DNA of 64,000 bases. Source: Negaprion brevirostris. Taxonomy: Eukaryota. Shown piece by piece: positions 37,021 through 49,655 of the stretch (position 1 is its first letter; every line of letters starts with the position of its first letter). The DNA lies in assembly GCA_030324005.1 (NCBI GenBank), contig JARDVH010000025.1, positions 99,455,157 to 99,519,156 of the forward strand. The letters run 5' to 3'. The notes below the pieces were generated by a model. That model saw only the letters and a list, made by a program, of their open reading frames with translations. It searched no databases and was not told the DNA's origin. Made by a program: the position numbers and the translations under genes.

Positions 37021-38329
37021 TGTATACAAGTCTAACATTACATTTATAGCCACTGAACTGTGAACAGAATTGAAACTGATGATGGAACCAAAAAATCTGT
37101 TTGTGATAGTGCAGTGCTCTAAAGATGAGCGATCAATGGCATGAAGCTGTCTCAGAAATAAAATGGGATGCATTCAAATGAGAATTAACTACAGAGCAAA
37201 GCCATTTTGTCCTTGTACAAGACCATTCAGCTCTGATGCACTCACATGATGGGAGGGCGCTGAAACTTTGGAAAATATACAAAAGGAGACCATGAGATTG
37301 ATTTCCAATTAAAACCTTTATCTACCCAGATAGGTTTTGGAAGACCTGAAGCTTGAGGGCATGGTTTGATCAAGGCTTTGAGAACAATAAAGTCATTAGG
37401 ATCGTGTTTACATGGACATATTCCTTTTGCATTAGTGGGACCACAATTACAAGTTATGCAAGCACAGAACCAATTTGGGTATTAGGTAATTCGTCTTTTC
37501 CCAGAGATTGATGGAGCTGTGGAAAAAGTCACTGACTCATGGTCAATGTTGATTCTCTGCATACCCGATAAAGAGAGAGAGGAACATTTGACTGGAGTGG
37601 AATCGCCGCAGAGAAGACACTGGCATCCTCTAAATCTGAGTCAATGTGATCTCTTGGACTAGCTTTAATCACTTAGAGTGTTTCAAAAGGATTTTTGAAG
37701 CTTTCGTTCCTGAATTACCATGGGCTTTTAATTGGCTTCTCACCTGCGCAGGCTGTTGCAGGGCTTTGGGCCAGTAGGGAGAATCTGTGCATTGATGAAT
37801 AAGAATGTAATGAGGCAACGTTTTGGTCAGTTTCTGACATTCCCTTGTGGTCCTTGCATTGAGCTCCATTCATAAGCAAGGCACGTAAATCCCTTTCAAC
37901 CTTGTTCTGCTCATGTGCAGCCACTCTTTGCATCTGTCTACTCCTACACTTGTTTTCAAAAAAAAACTTTATTCTCAGAGTATCTAACATGTTTTAACAT
38001 TTGTGATAGAGATATGCATCCATTTCCACTTTATCAGAAACTAAGTAAAACAAAATCCAATCGAAACCTCTGAGTGATTCATAGCTTTTCTTTATCCAAA
38101 ATCATGGACTTTTGCCCAAACACTGCCTTTCCCTCTGGATTGTTGGTGGACACATTTTTCTATTTTGATTGCCATAGTCAGTGTATCCTGCTGATCTGCT
38201 TCAGTACTTTGTTCCCTTACTACATAGGCATGTATTAGTAATAGTTAGACCATCACAGAAGGAAGTTCAAAGCAACGATCCAAGCTGACACCGGGTAATT
38301 CACACAGGCCAAAGATCAAACTTTTCAGT

Positions 38330-39080
38330 AAGAACAGTACAGCACAGGAAAGGCCCTTCGGCCCTCCTAGCCTGCACTGATCATGATGTCTGCAAAAACT
38401 AAAACCGTATACACTTGCGGAGTCCACATCCTTCCATTCCCATCCTATTCATCTAGTTGCCCCTTTAAATGCCGCTATCGTACCTCCTCCCACCGCCAAT
38501 CCTGGCAGCGGGTTCCAGACATTCACCACTCTCTGTGGGGAAAAAAAACCTGCCTCGCACATCTCCTCTAAATTTCTCCCCATGCACCTTAAATCTATGT
38601 ACCCTAGTACTTGACAACCCTAGGAAAAAGATAAGCTTCAATAAGAAATCATAACATAGAACATTACAGGACAGTACAGGCCCTCCGGCCCTCAATGTGG
38701 TGTCGAGCTATGTCCAATCCCAAGATCCCCCCGATAATTCTGGAGTTCTCCATGTGCCTATCCAATAACCGCTTGAAAGTTCCTAAAGTGTCAGACTCCA
38801 CTATCACAGCAGGCAGTGCATTCCACACCCNNNNNNNNNNNNNNNNNNNNNNNNNNNNNNNNNNNNNNNNNNNNNNNNNNNNNNNNNNNNNNNNNNNNNN
38901 NNNNNNNNNNNNNNNNNNNNNNNNNNNNNNCAGGCAGTCTTTTCCACACTCCAACCACTCTCTGAGTAAAGAATCTACCTCGGACATCCCTCCAATATCT
39001 CCCACCATGAACCTTATAGCTATGCCCCCTAGTAACAGCTACATCCACCCGAGGACATAGTCTCTGCATAACTTTGTACA
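38330..39080 (-). mobile_element. Cluster of CR1 (HER1-like) 3' ends
   Basis: Translations HRFKVHGEKFRGDVRGRFF, VWNALPAVIVESDTLGTFKRLLDRHM and TRGHSYKVHGGRY..FFTQRVVGVW are canonical CR1 C-termini. At least two copies are present. Confidence 0.9.
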
Positions 39081-39654
39081 TTAGGTCACCTTAAAAAAAT
39101 CTTGAGGCAAAATGGTAAAAATACACAGTGATTTGCTTTCCCGATCATGTTTAATCTGATAATCGATCTGCATTTAGCAGTGGTTGTTAACCTATTGCTG
39201 TTTTATCACATAAGAAGAGAAGCTGTTCGCCTTCAGTATTGTGCCCAGCATATTGTGACATTGTCGTTTCTGCACGAAAGGTCCACAAAATCAGAGAGAG
39301 ACCAGCACATCGGGGATTTATTGTTTGAGTGCCAGTTCAAACCCACTGTAATTATAGGCTTTAGACCACAGGCAACTCTCTCCGAGGCTGTTCTTGCAGC
39401 CTGACTTCACTTGGCTCTAAACAGCCCAGTAGGGTTTCTCAGTATTTAGTCACACGTAGAAACGTCTGTGTATCAGATAAATAATTATAACTCCAGGATA
39501 CTTTTAATGGAATTTGGGGAAGCCTGCATTGCAAACAATTAATCTGGAGAAAACTCTTAACATCAGCTGTGCTGGAGTGGATCACACTGCAATAGAAATA
39601 AATAACTATAATTTAATCTGCAGTATGCTGCAATATCCTTGTACTTGCCTAATA

Positions 39655-39850
39655 TGTTGCCGTGCTTTCACTGTTGCTGGGTCAGAAACATGGAATTCCC
39701 TTCCGAGCAGTACTGCGGGTCATACTCGCAGCAGATGGATGCTCACAGAAAAAGGCAGCTCACCAACACCTTCTCGAGGGCAATGATTGATGGACAACAA
39801 ATACTCGCCTTGTCAGCTGCGCGAAATCCCATGAAACAATGAAAAAAGTC
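39655..39850 (+). mobile_element. CR1/L2-group LINE 3' end
   Basis: CTTTCACTGTTGCTGGGTCAGAAACATGGAATTCCC..GGCAGCTCACCAACACCTTCTCGAGGGCAAT is homologous to 62785-62950. Confidence 0.75.
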
Positions 39851-40196
39851 NNNNNNNNNNNNNNNNNNNNNNNNNNNNNNNNNNNNNNNNNNNNNNNNNN
39901 NNNNNNNNNNNNNNNNNNNNNNNNNNNNNNNNNNNNNNNNNNNNNNNNNNGAAATCCCAGGAAACAATGAAAAAAGTCAGAAAATCTAGGTGAACGAAGT
40001 ACATTAAAGGAACATTAGAGTGGATATTGACTTTGTGTGCTCATATAAAATGGTTGCAAATGATTGGAAACCCATTTTGTATCTCTTCTGATGTTTATTT
40101 TTATTGACTTCAACTCACTATCATCCATTTTACACTTTCATATAGAGTCAAGCTTGTGATATAATTTAGGACCAAACACTGACACACACAGAGGGT

Positions 40197-40323
40197 GGGC
40201 AGGTTTTCCAGTCATGCTCACCCCCGAGACCAGACAATACCACCTGAAGTCAACAGACTTTGGCATGGTCCATATCCCATCCATGCCAATTCCTGTGGTG
40301 GGCATGATTGCAAAATTCCACTC
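40197..40323. mobile_element. About 130-bp MITE
   Basis: GGGCAGGTTTTCC...AAAATTCCACTC ends with an internal GTCAACAGAC. Homologous to 48337, 55316 and 56433. Confidence 0.65.
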
Positions 40324-40713
40324 TTGGAGTTCTGCTGCCCAACTGAACTGGTCTTTTCTGGTTTTGGTTTAGAGACAAATACACACAAATGGCCACAAGG
40401 CGTGCTATTGCACTCCTGTGTCGCCGCCCCCCGCCGTCCCCGTCCCCGCTCCCGCCCCCGCCCCCCAATGAAAACATTACACAACATTCAAATTCTATAC
40501 AGTATATATACATTTTTTGTTTCCAATTGCAAAATTTTTGCAAGACAAAAGGAAGTCAATCAACTCATTAAGTCTGCACTGACTTTCTGAAAGGGCATTC
40601 TACTCATCTCATTTCCTTGCCCTGTTACCCTGGCATTCTTTTCAGATAGCAATCCAGTTCCCTTCTAAGTATCTTGATCAAACCTGCCTCCGGTATTTAT
40701 CCTGTCGCCTTGT

Positions 40714-41003
40714 AGGGTGGCAGAGTGCCGCATTAAGCACTGCTGCCTTACCACGCCAGGGACCTGGGTTCGATTCCCGACTTAGGTCGCCGGCTGTGTA
40801 GAGTTTGCACGTTCTTCCCGTGCCTGCATGGGTTTGTTCCAGCTTCCTCCCACAATCTGAAAGGCGTGCTGGTTAGGTGCATTGCTCATACTAAATTCTC
40901 CCTCATCATACCTGAAGAAACACTGGACTGTGGCGACTCGGGGATTTTTCATAGTGAGTTTATTGCAGTGCTAATGTAAGCCTGTTTGTGACTAATAAAT
41001 AAA
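40714..41003 (+). mobile_element. V-SINE (HE1 body) with tail B
   Basis: B box GGGTTCGATTCCC, V domain, and tail ..GTAAGCCTGTTTGTGACTAATAAATAAA. Confidence 0.85.
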
Positions 41004-41049
41004 TTTTACTTTCCTCACATGCAAGTCCCCTTTTTATCTTGAATTGGCT

Positions 41050-42180
41050 CTACTCTTTATTTTAACACCCTTATTATTTATATGCTTATAGAAGACCTTG
41101 GGATTTCCTCTTACGTTAGCTGCTGGCCTCTTTTCATGTTCTCTCCTTGTTTTTCTTATTAGTTTTTTTCACTTCCACTTTGATCCTTCTATATTCTTAC
41201 TTCCTTACTTCTCATTGAACTTTCTACTGACGTCTATCAAACATCCATTTCTTCCTTTTCAGCTTTGCCTCTGTCTCTTGTGTCACCAAGGTCACTTTGG
41301 CTTTATTTGTCTGACCTTTCCCCTAAAAGCGAATATACCAAAATTGCCTGTAATTTTGTTTTTGAAGGTGGCCCACTGTTCGACCACCATCCTTTCTGCT
41401 TACATTTGATTTCAACACACTCAGCTTGGATGCATTCCCATCCCATTGAAGTTGAATCTCCCCACCAACACTCCCGCCCCTNNNNNNNNNNNNNNNNNNN
41501 NNNNNNNNNNNNNNNNNNNNNNNNNNNNNNNNNNNNNNNNNNNNNNNNNNNNNNNNNNNNACTGATATTTAATCCATGTCTGCCCTCTCACTGGACCGGA
41601 AAGATACAGCTTCAGAAAATTATCCTGAACACATTCCAGGAACACTTGCCTCTCTTGTTCCTTTGCGCTATATTTCTATCCCAGTCTACATTTGGGTAAT
41701 TAGAGTTTTCTCATAATTACTCTATAATTCTTGCACCTCTCTGTAATTTCTTTGCACAGTTGTCTCTTTATCTCCCTTCTATGTTGTTGCATCTCTTTCA
41801 TTCCTGACAAACCAGTTAGATTCTGTCTTTGATCTCTCTGGAACATCCTGTCTCTCCAGTACTGTAATGCCATCTTTAATCAATACTGCCACTCTCCCAG
41901 TTCTCCTCTCCCCCCCCTTTTCTTCCTTTTCTGTCCTCATTGCAGTTTGCACCCAAAAATATTTAACAGCCAATCCTGCCGTTGTAATGATATTCCATTT
42001 GTCAATCTGTGCCTGTAATTCACGAGTCTTATTAGCTACACACCATGCATTCATAAAGAGCCACATTAGTTCTGATTTTAACTTTCCCTCTTTTTCTGAC
42101 CTCACCTGATGAACATTGTTTCTCTAATTCTAGCAAATTCTCCAAGTATTCTCAATCCCCGATACGACTCTCTGATAACA
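41050..42180 (-). mobile_element. CR1-type LINE endonuclease region (decayed)
   Basis: Minus-strand NAWCVANKTRELQAQI..GRVAVLIKDGITVLER (ORF 41779) and FLECVQDNFL (ORF 41421) are CR1 APE motifs. Confidence 0.85.
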
Positions 42181-42182
42181 TC

Positions 42183-42468
42183 TGTTGCCCCTTTTTAATT
42201 GCCCTGGAGAAGGTTAAGAGGCAATCACATTGCAACAGGTTTAAAGTCATTGGTAGACCAGACCAGGCATGGAAGGCAGATTTCTTCCCCTGAAGGACAT
42301 GAGTGAACCAGGTGAAAATGTCTTAATGGACATCATTAGTTAGTCTATCTTTCAATTACAGATTTATTAATTGAATTTAAATTCTAACAGCGTAATTTGA
42401 ACCTCTGTCCCCAGAATGTTGGTCTGAGCCATTGGATTACTAGTCTGGTGACATTACTGCTCTGCCAT
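42183..42468 (-). mobile_element. tRNA-type SINE with the same head as 297-600 (Meta/SlmI-like core, tentative)
   Basis: Minus-strand GTAATGTCACCAGACTAGTAATCCA..AATTCAATTAATAAATCTG..CTGGTTCACTCATGTCCTTCAGGGGAAGAAATCTGCC, ending AGGGCAATTA..GGGCAACA. Confidence 0.75.
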
Positions 42469-44194
42469 CATTTCCCCAGCAAGATGTGAATAATTCAATG
42501 CAAAGTTCACAAAGATTAAAATTCCATGAAATTCCTGTCCAGTGCCTAAAGGCAGCCAAAAAATTCCAGAAGAGCAGCTCAAGAATGCAGCCCACATTAT
42601 TCAACTCTGACNNNNNNNNNNNNNNNNNNNNNNNNNNNNNNNNNNNNNNNNNNNNNNNNNNNNNNNNNNNTTCTCCTTATAACCTTCAGTCCTCTGCTGA
42701 ACCAGATGTTCATCCAGCTCTTTATTCGTGGAGTCAATCAACGTGCGATTAATTACTTATGATGTGATTCTGTTCCACATATCAACTGCTCTGTAGGGGA
42801 AACAATCTAATTTCTAATCTAATTTAATGCTTGTTAATCTTGCGCTGTGTCATCTCGTACTGCAATCACCGTCCAAGTTAAATAACCTAATTCCGTGTAC
42901 ATAATGTGTCTTTCAAGTGTTTTACAGACCTGGATCATGTCCCCTCATAATCTTATTGTCCTCAGTGAAAAGTTCAATTCTGTCAGCCTTTATTTGATCA
43001 CATGAGAGCACTCCCTTCAATGCATGAGCATCCTTTGAAAGGTAGCATGCTATGAATGATACATTTTCTTATTTCCTCGCTTTGATGTAAAAGAATCAAT
43101 TTTAAATGATTTGTAGATTCACGTTGACTCCTAGTTTTACCTGCCACATGGCATTTAAGTGTAGAAAGAGGGAAAGATGCTCCATTCTTTCAGATGTGGT
43201 AAATCTAATGAATTAGTCTAGGTTACAGAAACCATTTTCAACTTGTAATTCAAAGCTGATGTGCTGCATCCAGGTCCTTGATTACCTTCTTAATAGCAAC
43301 CTCATACTGTATGGAGACTTGTAATGGATGAGTGTTAGTCGCATCCAAATACTTGGCTGTGTTTACTGCCAATGCCATATATGCGCAGCTGTATACTGTT
43401 GACAGACCCAGGTGAATGGCCATAATATTTTTAGACGAGTAATGTGGAACAGGGCACATTTCTGGTTATCATTGTCAGCAGGCGGAGAAATGTTATTTCT
43501 ATCCTGGAATGACAGTAATGGACTTACAGGGCATTGGAAGGGAAGGAAAAATTAAAATCCATTTCTTGTAGGATATTTTGCTAAAGTCATATTGGTCAAT
43601 GTTTCTACACTCTGCCTTACTATCCCAATAATGTCAGTGGATTGTAGGATACTGAGAGTGTTAGGCTATATTGTTTGTCCAAGTGTCAAAGCAACCTGCA
43701 AATCCATTTGCATTCCTGGAATAGTGAGAAGAGTTTACAAGGAAATAATTGCAGTTTTCCATCTACAAATCTTTCCCCCTGTCTTTGACCAAGCTGTGTT
43801 GCAGGCTACAGGCTCCAGTTGTGAATTCATTGGATTTCTGCACATGCTCAGATCAGTGTGCGTCTACAGATGGGTATGAATAGCCATCTTGCAAGAACAT
43901 CTTTCTTTGGCAGCAGACACAGTACAACTACTTAATCATTTTCTACTTTTTCCAGTCAAACCATTCACTTAGTATGCATGGTTACTGTTTGCTAATTGCA
44001 TCCCGATTTCTAACCATTATTTTAGTTATCTTTAATGAACCTTTGTAAGCGTACCATTTTTTGATCTATTGTGACTGAATTATCTGTGATCCTGTTTTGA
44101 TGATGTAAATATAGTGGTATGGGACTTCAATGGCCTTTTGTCTGCACCATTCTGCATAGAAAGTCCATGGACCATCATAAAAGGAAGGAATAAT

Positions 44195-44350
44195 CTGAAT
44201 TGCTATAGCAGCTTTATGGCCTCGTAATCCTGAAGCACTTCACAGCCAAAGATGTACTCCTGAAGTACCATTACTAATGTAGTGCACAGAATTGTTTGCA
44301 AATAATTTGCACACAGCATAGTTCCACACATATCAGTCAGACAACGACCA
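44195..44350 (-). mobile_element. Deu-domain SINE 3' fragment
   Basis: GCACTTCACAGCCAA..TGAAGT..AATTTGCACACAGCA is the antisense of 11408-11500. Confidence 0.6.
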
Positions 44351-45869
44351 GCATTTCAAGGTGACCACTATCTCACGAACGCTTCCTACTCAGATCTAGC
44401 CATTTCTATGGCATGAATTTCCCCTTGCCTGATGCCAGTTTAAATGTGGGGCAAGTCAAAGGGATCTCCAGCTGTCCTGCAATTGTGACATTATCAAGCA
44501 GGATAAGCAGCCAATCACACAGATGCATTCTCATAGACAACAAACCAGGGAGCAAAATTCTCTGACTATCCTTTATTTTTAATCATGCACAGTGGAATAA
44601 ATGCTTATGGATTTAACAAAGTAAAATCTTTCAATGTAATGGAGAACTCGACATTCAGTAAGTACAAAATTAGAATTTCAAATTCTATAAAGGTTCAATA
44701 AGTGTGTTGAACAGTTCAACATTTAAAATCCTGTTAGACAATATTTAACTCCAGTTTCAAGAGTTTTTACAGCGTGATGAGAAGTGTGGAAGTGCAAGGT
44801 TTTGACAGTTCACTGATGGCGTAAGAATTGTACTCTGGGAACTTTATGGAGAACTGTCGAGTCACTGACAGCAACTTCCTGGAATTCCATGTTTAATTGC
44901 ACACGCACAGACTTCAGAAATTTCTGTCAGCTTCTGATGTCTAATGATGTTGAACGCACAGTTTCTCTACCATTATACTACTGCAAGATCCAGGTCAATG
45001 TTAATTATAATCTGCTTGTCAAATGATGGAAGGTTGTGCAACTTGGAAATGGGTGAACACATGATAACAGTTGTCTTCAAGGCAGTGCTTCAGGCCACTT
45101 AATTCCATTTGCAAGTGGTCTAATGAGTGTCTCTATTATGGGCCCTCTGCTTATCCTATCATGATTCATAATAATCATACCTCATACCAACACAGGTGCA
45201 ATGCCTTCTGTGCTGCCTTGTTTGAGAATAGGACACTTTTTCTTCAGTGGTAACTTTCTGGGTGCATTTTTGGAATGGTTAGTTTTAATGACATTTGCAG
45301 TCATTTTTGAATGCAGCTTATAAGCAGGGGGAAGTATGCAATTTTTCCAGATAGCTTTTGCCAGGAGTTTATAAATTGGTGTGAGAGAGTAATTGCTCAA
45401 GTTAAGACTTCAGGCCAGGAACATTTTCCTCGTTTGGAGGCTTTAGATGTTTATAGCTTTGAACTTAAAACTTTTACGAGATGCTAAACACTTGAAAATT
45501 GTGTGCTGGTGGCAAGTTAGCTTTTAAAGAGGAACAGAATTCTTTTAATGAACTCAAAATCAAAATGATGGGTGGATTTGACTTGTCTTGCAAAATGTAT
45601 CACATGCTTCATTCTGCAAAAGAAAAACTGCCTATCCTGTAATAATGCTGTCAGATGTCTGCAACAATTGATATGACTGATGAAATTTATTGAATGTTAC
45701 CAACAATTAATGTTAAACTTGTGAGTCTACAACTTGTAGATTCCAACTGTTTCCTGGTTAATATTTAGGCACAATTTGGGATCCTCTCCTGTCAATGGGA
45801 TCAATCTGAGACTTTAACAAATTCAGTAAGGCAGCCCAATGGATTTAATTCTAATCTCACATCTATCTT

Positions 45870-46150
45870 TGATGTGAAGATGCTGGTGTTGGTCTGGGGT
45901 GGACACAGTAAGAAGTCTCCCAACACCAGGTTAAAGTCCAACAGGTTTATTTGGATTCGGAGCACTGCCCCTTCATCAGGTGACTCCCACTTCATCAGTT
46001 GGGACTCGCACAGTAACTTCATTGCAGTGTTAATGTAAGCCTACTTGTGACAATAAATAAATTTTAAATAAACCTGATGAAAGAGCAGTGCTCCAAAAGC
46101 TCGTGATTTCAAATAAACCTGTTAGACTTTAACCTGGCATTGTGAGACAT
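45870..46150. mobile_element. Fold-back Penelope-type element with decayed hammerhead cores and a SINE tail in its spacer
   Basis: The left arm 45870-45983 and right arm 46072-46150 are inverted. CTGATGA lies at 46074-46080 and TCATCAG at 45973-45979. Flanks are ACATCTATCTTTG (45859-45871) and ACATCTAGCTTTG (46147-46159). Confidence 0.8.
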
Positions 46151-46584
46151 CTAGCTTTGGTTTTACATCATCAGCGTAGAATGACGCCCAGTGATCATTC
46201 AGCCATATTTATGCAAATGAGCTCTCAAAGAAACTCTCAGGCACATCGTGTGGCTCTTGATTTCTTTCTGACTCTTAACCAAAAACAGCCTTGCTTTTGC
46301 TGCCAAACATAAGAACAGAGGCAGAAACAAAATAGGGAAAAAGGACATCAATGATAGGGAAGAAACTAACCTAATTCAGTGGAATTGTCTTTGGCAAATC
46401 CTTGGATACACTTTTATATTTAGTGTTATACGTCATGATCCCAAGATTTCAAAATGGCGGTGGAGCGTGGAAACTTCTTGCAAACTGTGCCCAGCACACC
46501 TTCTAATCCTATCTTTTACTCTCATTTTATGCTTCTAAAGCTTTATCCTCACACTTTTAAACTCTCTAACAATGCTTCAATTCT

Positions 46585-46712
46585 ATGACTATAACACAAC
46601 ATTGTGCACTCTCTCCCTTCCTTCTCTATGTACAGTATGATTTGTCTGGAGCATGCAAGAAACAATATGTTCCACTGTGTACTAACACGTGCCAATAATA
46701 AATCAAATCATA
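46585..46712 (+). mobile_element. Rex1/Babar-type 3' end
   Basis: ..GCAAGAAACAATATGTTCCACTGTG..GTGCCAATAATAAATCAAATCA. The same end occurs at 62020-62086 and, antisense, at 34065-34103. Confidence 0.6.
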
Positions 46713-47088
46713 TAAGGGGGAAAAATTGATCTTTTTCAAACAGTGGGTAGTGGCATATCAGCCCATTTTAAATCTGCTTGATATTTTTTCCATTGAATTC
46801 AGTGGGCTGCCTATACATTTTTGCCCATTTTATGCTGCCACTGATGATCAATTTCACCCCTTAATATTCAGAGTTAGTGCTGTGGTATTGCTCAGGGACC
46901 AAAGAAAATGAATATCTCCTCCTGCAGCTGTTCATCCATCTCCTCAATGCTTTGGATCTGTATTGGTCCAGTGTAATTTTATTTTGGTGAGAAGGAAAGG
47001 AGGTCATGTGTCCTTTAAACTGCATGCCTACTCACCTCTTTTCTTAGTTAGTAGATTGTTTTCTATCCTGAGTAAAAGCCAGCAATGC

Positions 47089-47380
47089 TTATTTATTAGT
47101 GTCACAAGTAGGCTTACATTAACACTGAAGTTAGTGTGAAAATCCCTTAGTCACCACACTCCGACCTCTGTTCGGGTACACTGAGGGAGAATTTAGCATG
47201 GCCGGTACCCCGAACCAGCATGTCTTTTGGATCGTGGGAGGAAACTGAAGCACCCAGAGGGAAACCCACACACACACATGGAGAATGTGCAGATTCTACA
47301 CAGACAGTGATCCAAGAGGAGAATTGAACACGGGTTCCTGGCACTGAGGCAGCAGTGCCAACCACTGCGCCACTGTGCCA
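47089..47380 (-). mobile_element. V-SINE (HE1 body) with tail B
   Basis: TTATTTATTAGTGTCACAAGTAGGCTTACATTAACACTG tail plus the antisense V domain and head. Confidence 0.88.
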
Positions 47381-48336
47381 TCCCTTTTTAAGGCAGACAG
47401 TGACCTTGCATTTTTTACTGTTATTTGATGTGCTAATTGTTTCCCAATTGTAATTCACAGCCAACTAAAGATTTGAGATATCCATTATTGAGTAAGTGCA
47501 AGCAAAAAACTTCACAGCAGCTTTGATATTTTTTGCTTGCTTGCGCTCTTCAAATTTTTCTCACTTGCCTGTGTTTAAGCAAATCTGTAGAGGCAGTTTA
47601 GTCGATAATCGATGCAAGCGTAATAGGATGTGTTCTTATAATGGACAATTTTCCTAATGTCCGTGGACACTAGTTTGATGCATTTCATTTCATAATATAT
47701 CTTAGCACCACTCCAAATGGGGGCAAAAGTTATAAAGAAATGTAAACTACTGGACTAGAAAAAAAAAGTCTCTTTGCCATGTTTTGCATTAAAATTATTG
47801 AATTATTTATTATTTCCAATCAATATTTCACCATCTTGTCCCAATTATATCTCAGTTAATTTTGCTGTGCAAATAGAAATGGGGTGGTTCAATTGAAAAT
47901 CAGCGTTCTTAACACAAGTAATGTTGACCCAAGTTGAAGAAGCAGGGTGAACCATATTGGGTGCTCACTGTGCTCGTGGAGAATTGTCTATAAAAGATTT
48001 AGGATGACCACCAAGCAAAAGACAATTAACTTTGTCCATAATGGGCTTATTGCACAGATGGTCCAATTATTGCACACTTACTGAACCTAAAACATGAGTT
48101 AATCCTTTTATTAATTGAAACTCATGCCTTCACATGGCATCCCTGCATTCTGATTAAATGCCAAAGAAAATAGAACAAAAGGCAGTTGTCCCACTATACC
48201 TGAAGTCAGCTGCATGCACATGAAGGAGCCCTGTAATTCAGACAGTGGGGTTCCACTGAAATATCCATTAATCAGTTTGCCTGTAATCACTGATTGCGTA
48301 TTGCAATTGTCAGTTGAAATATTTGGAATGAGAATT

Positions 48337-48463
48337 GGGACAGGATCTTACGGCGTCTCTTGAGCATGACCATAAATTCCCATCCGGGGCTAACAGACAT
48401 TTCTGTTGCCCACCCCTTGCCTGCTGCAATTCTGTAGCGGGCAGGGTGGTAGAATTTCCGTCC
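48337..48463. mobile_element. About 130-bp MITE
   Basis: GGGACAGGATCTTAC...GTAGAATTTCCGTCC inverted ends, with internal similarity to 40197 and 55316. Confidence 0.65.
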
Positions 48464-48524
48464 TCATGGTCACAAAGACTGCTTACTTTCACCTCCCTCC
48501 ATCAGGAGCCATATCTCCTGTGAA

Positions 48525-49125
48525 GTGGCAATGACTGTCGGGTCATCCAGGATAGGACTTCCTGAGGAATGGAAGATCAGGATCGATGTTATCTATCACT
48601 ATCTGTCACCTCCAAGCTCCACCCTTGTAACTCAACACTTGTTACTGTCTACTTTTGCTGCACCACAGCAGTCACCTTGCTTATTAACCTTGACCTCACT
48701 GACTGACATTGGTACCTGGTCTGCAAATACACCAACTTTAAATTTCTCATTCTCATGTTTAACTTTCCTCTTAACCTTACCATCCCCTATGCTTGCTATC
48801 TTCTCTAGTCCAACACTGCCCCTTCTCCCCTCCTTAACTTTCTACTAACATGTCTTTCTGGCCACCTGTGCATCTCTTCCACTTCACCCCATTATTGGGG
48901 CCATGAATTCAGCTCCCTCAATCCTATCTCGAAACTTGCCCCCTTCTCTAATTCCATTCTCTTCCCTTACAACCTTCCATAATGTTCATCCTTTTGACCA
49001 GATTTTTTGCCACCCCTTCTTAATATCTTATTTGGCTCAATAGCCTTTTTAATCCTTCCCTTTTAAATCAGTGAAACGCTTTGGGGCATTTTTCTACATT
49101 AAAGATGGTTTATGAATGCATATTA
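48525..49125 (+). mobile_element. Old L2-type LINE fragments and 3' tail
   Basis: A C/T-rich L2-like body ending CCTTTTGACCA..GTGAAACGCTTTGGGGCATTTTTCTACATTAAAG..ATGAATGCA. Confidence 0.55.
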
Positions 49126-49655
49126 CTCTTTTTTTCCTTCCCCCAAGCACATTGGATTTCTCAAAAATTGTCATTTAACCAGTCCTTAATGAGCAATATC
49201 TTTTTTCTGGCGATATCCATACACTACATTTAAGCAATATAGCCTATAATTTGCAGAAAACGAATCACTTTTAAATTCACTCCTCAGCTCATCACCGACT
49301 TGTCTTTTGAAAAAAATGCTACGCACAGAAGAAAAAAATAGACACTTAATTAGCTTGAAACTTTGTCATTCGCATATTCTTCTGTATCACCATTTTCCTG
49401 TATTGAGTAGGCAAATTACCACAATGGTGTATGCTGAGTCACAGAAATAGATTTGCACTGAACTTTTATTATCTTGTGCTGTTGCTCCTTGGGAGACTGT
49501 TTTCACACAGGTAAGTACATAATTCTTCACTCATTGGCTTTAGTCACCAGAGAACANNNNNNNNNNNNNNNNNNNNNNNNNNNNNNNNNNNNNNNNNNNN
49601 NNNNNNNNNNNNNNNNNNNNNNNNNNNNNNNNNNNNNNNNNNNNNNNNNNNNNNN

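Noticed and set aside
39823-39980. Near-identical 28-bp sequences flanking a 100-N gap (similar cases at 29640-29810 and 58445-58590)
   Set aside because: Placeholder gaps with slightly different duplicated flanks suggest allelic overlap artefacts. They are not a CRISPR array or a demonstrated tandem repeat.
47030-47080. Minus-strand 32-nt micro-exon-like unit (CTTTTACTCAG|..GAG|GTGAGT)
   Set aside because: The signals are good, but joining it to the open frame of the 54745 candidate gives an immediate stop. The peptide is unrecognised and such pairs arise by chance in 64 kb.
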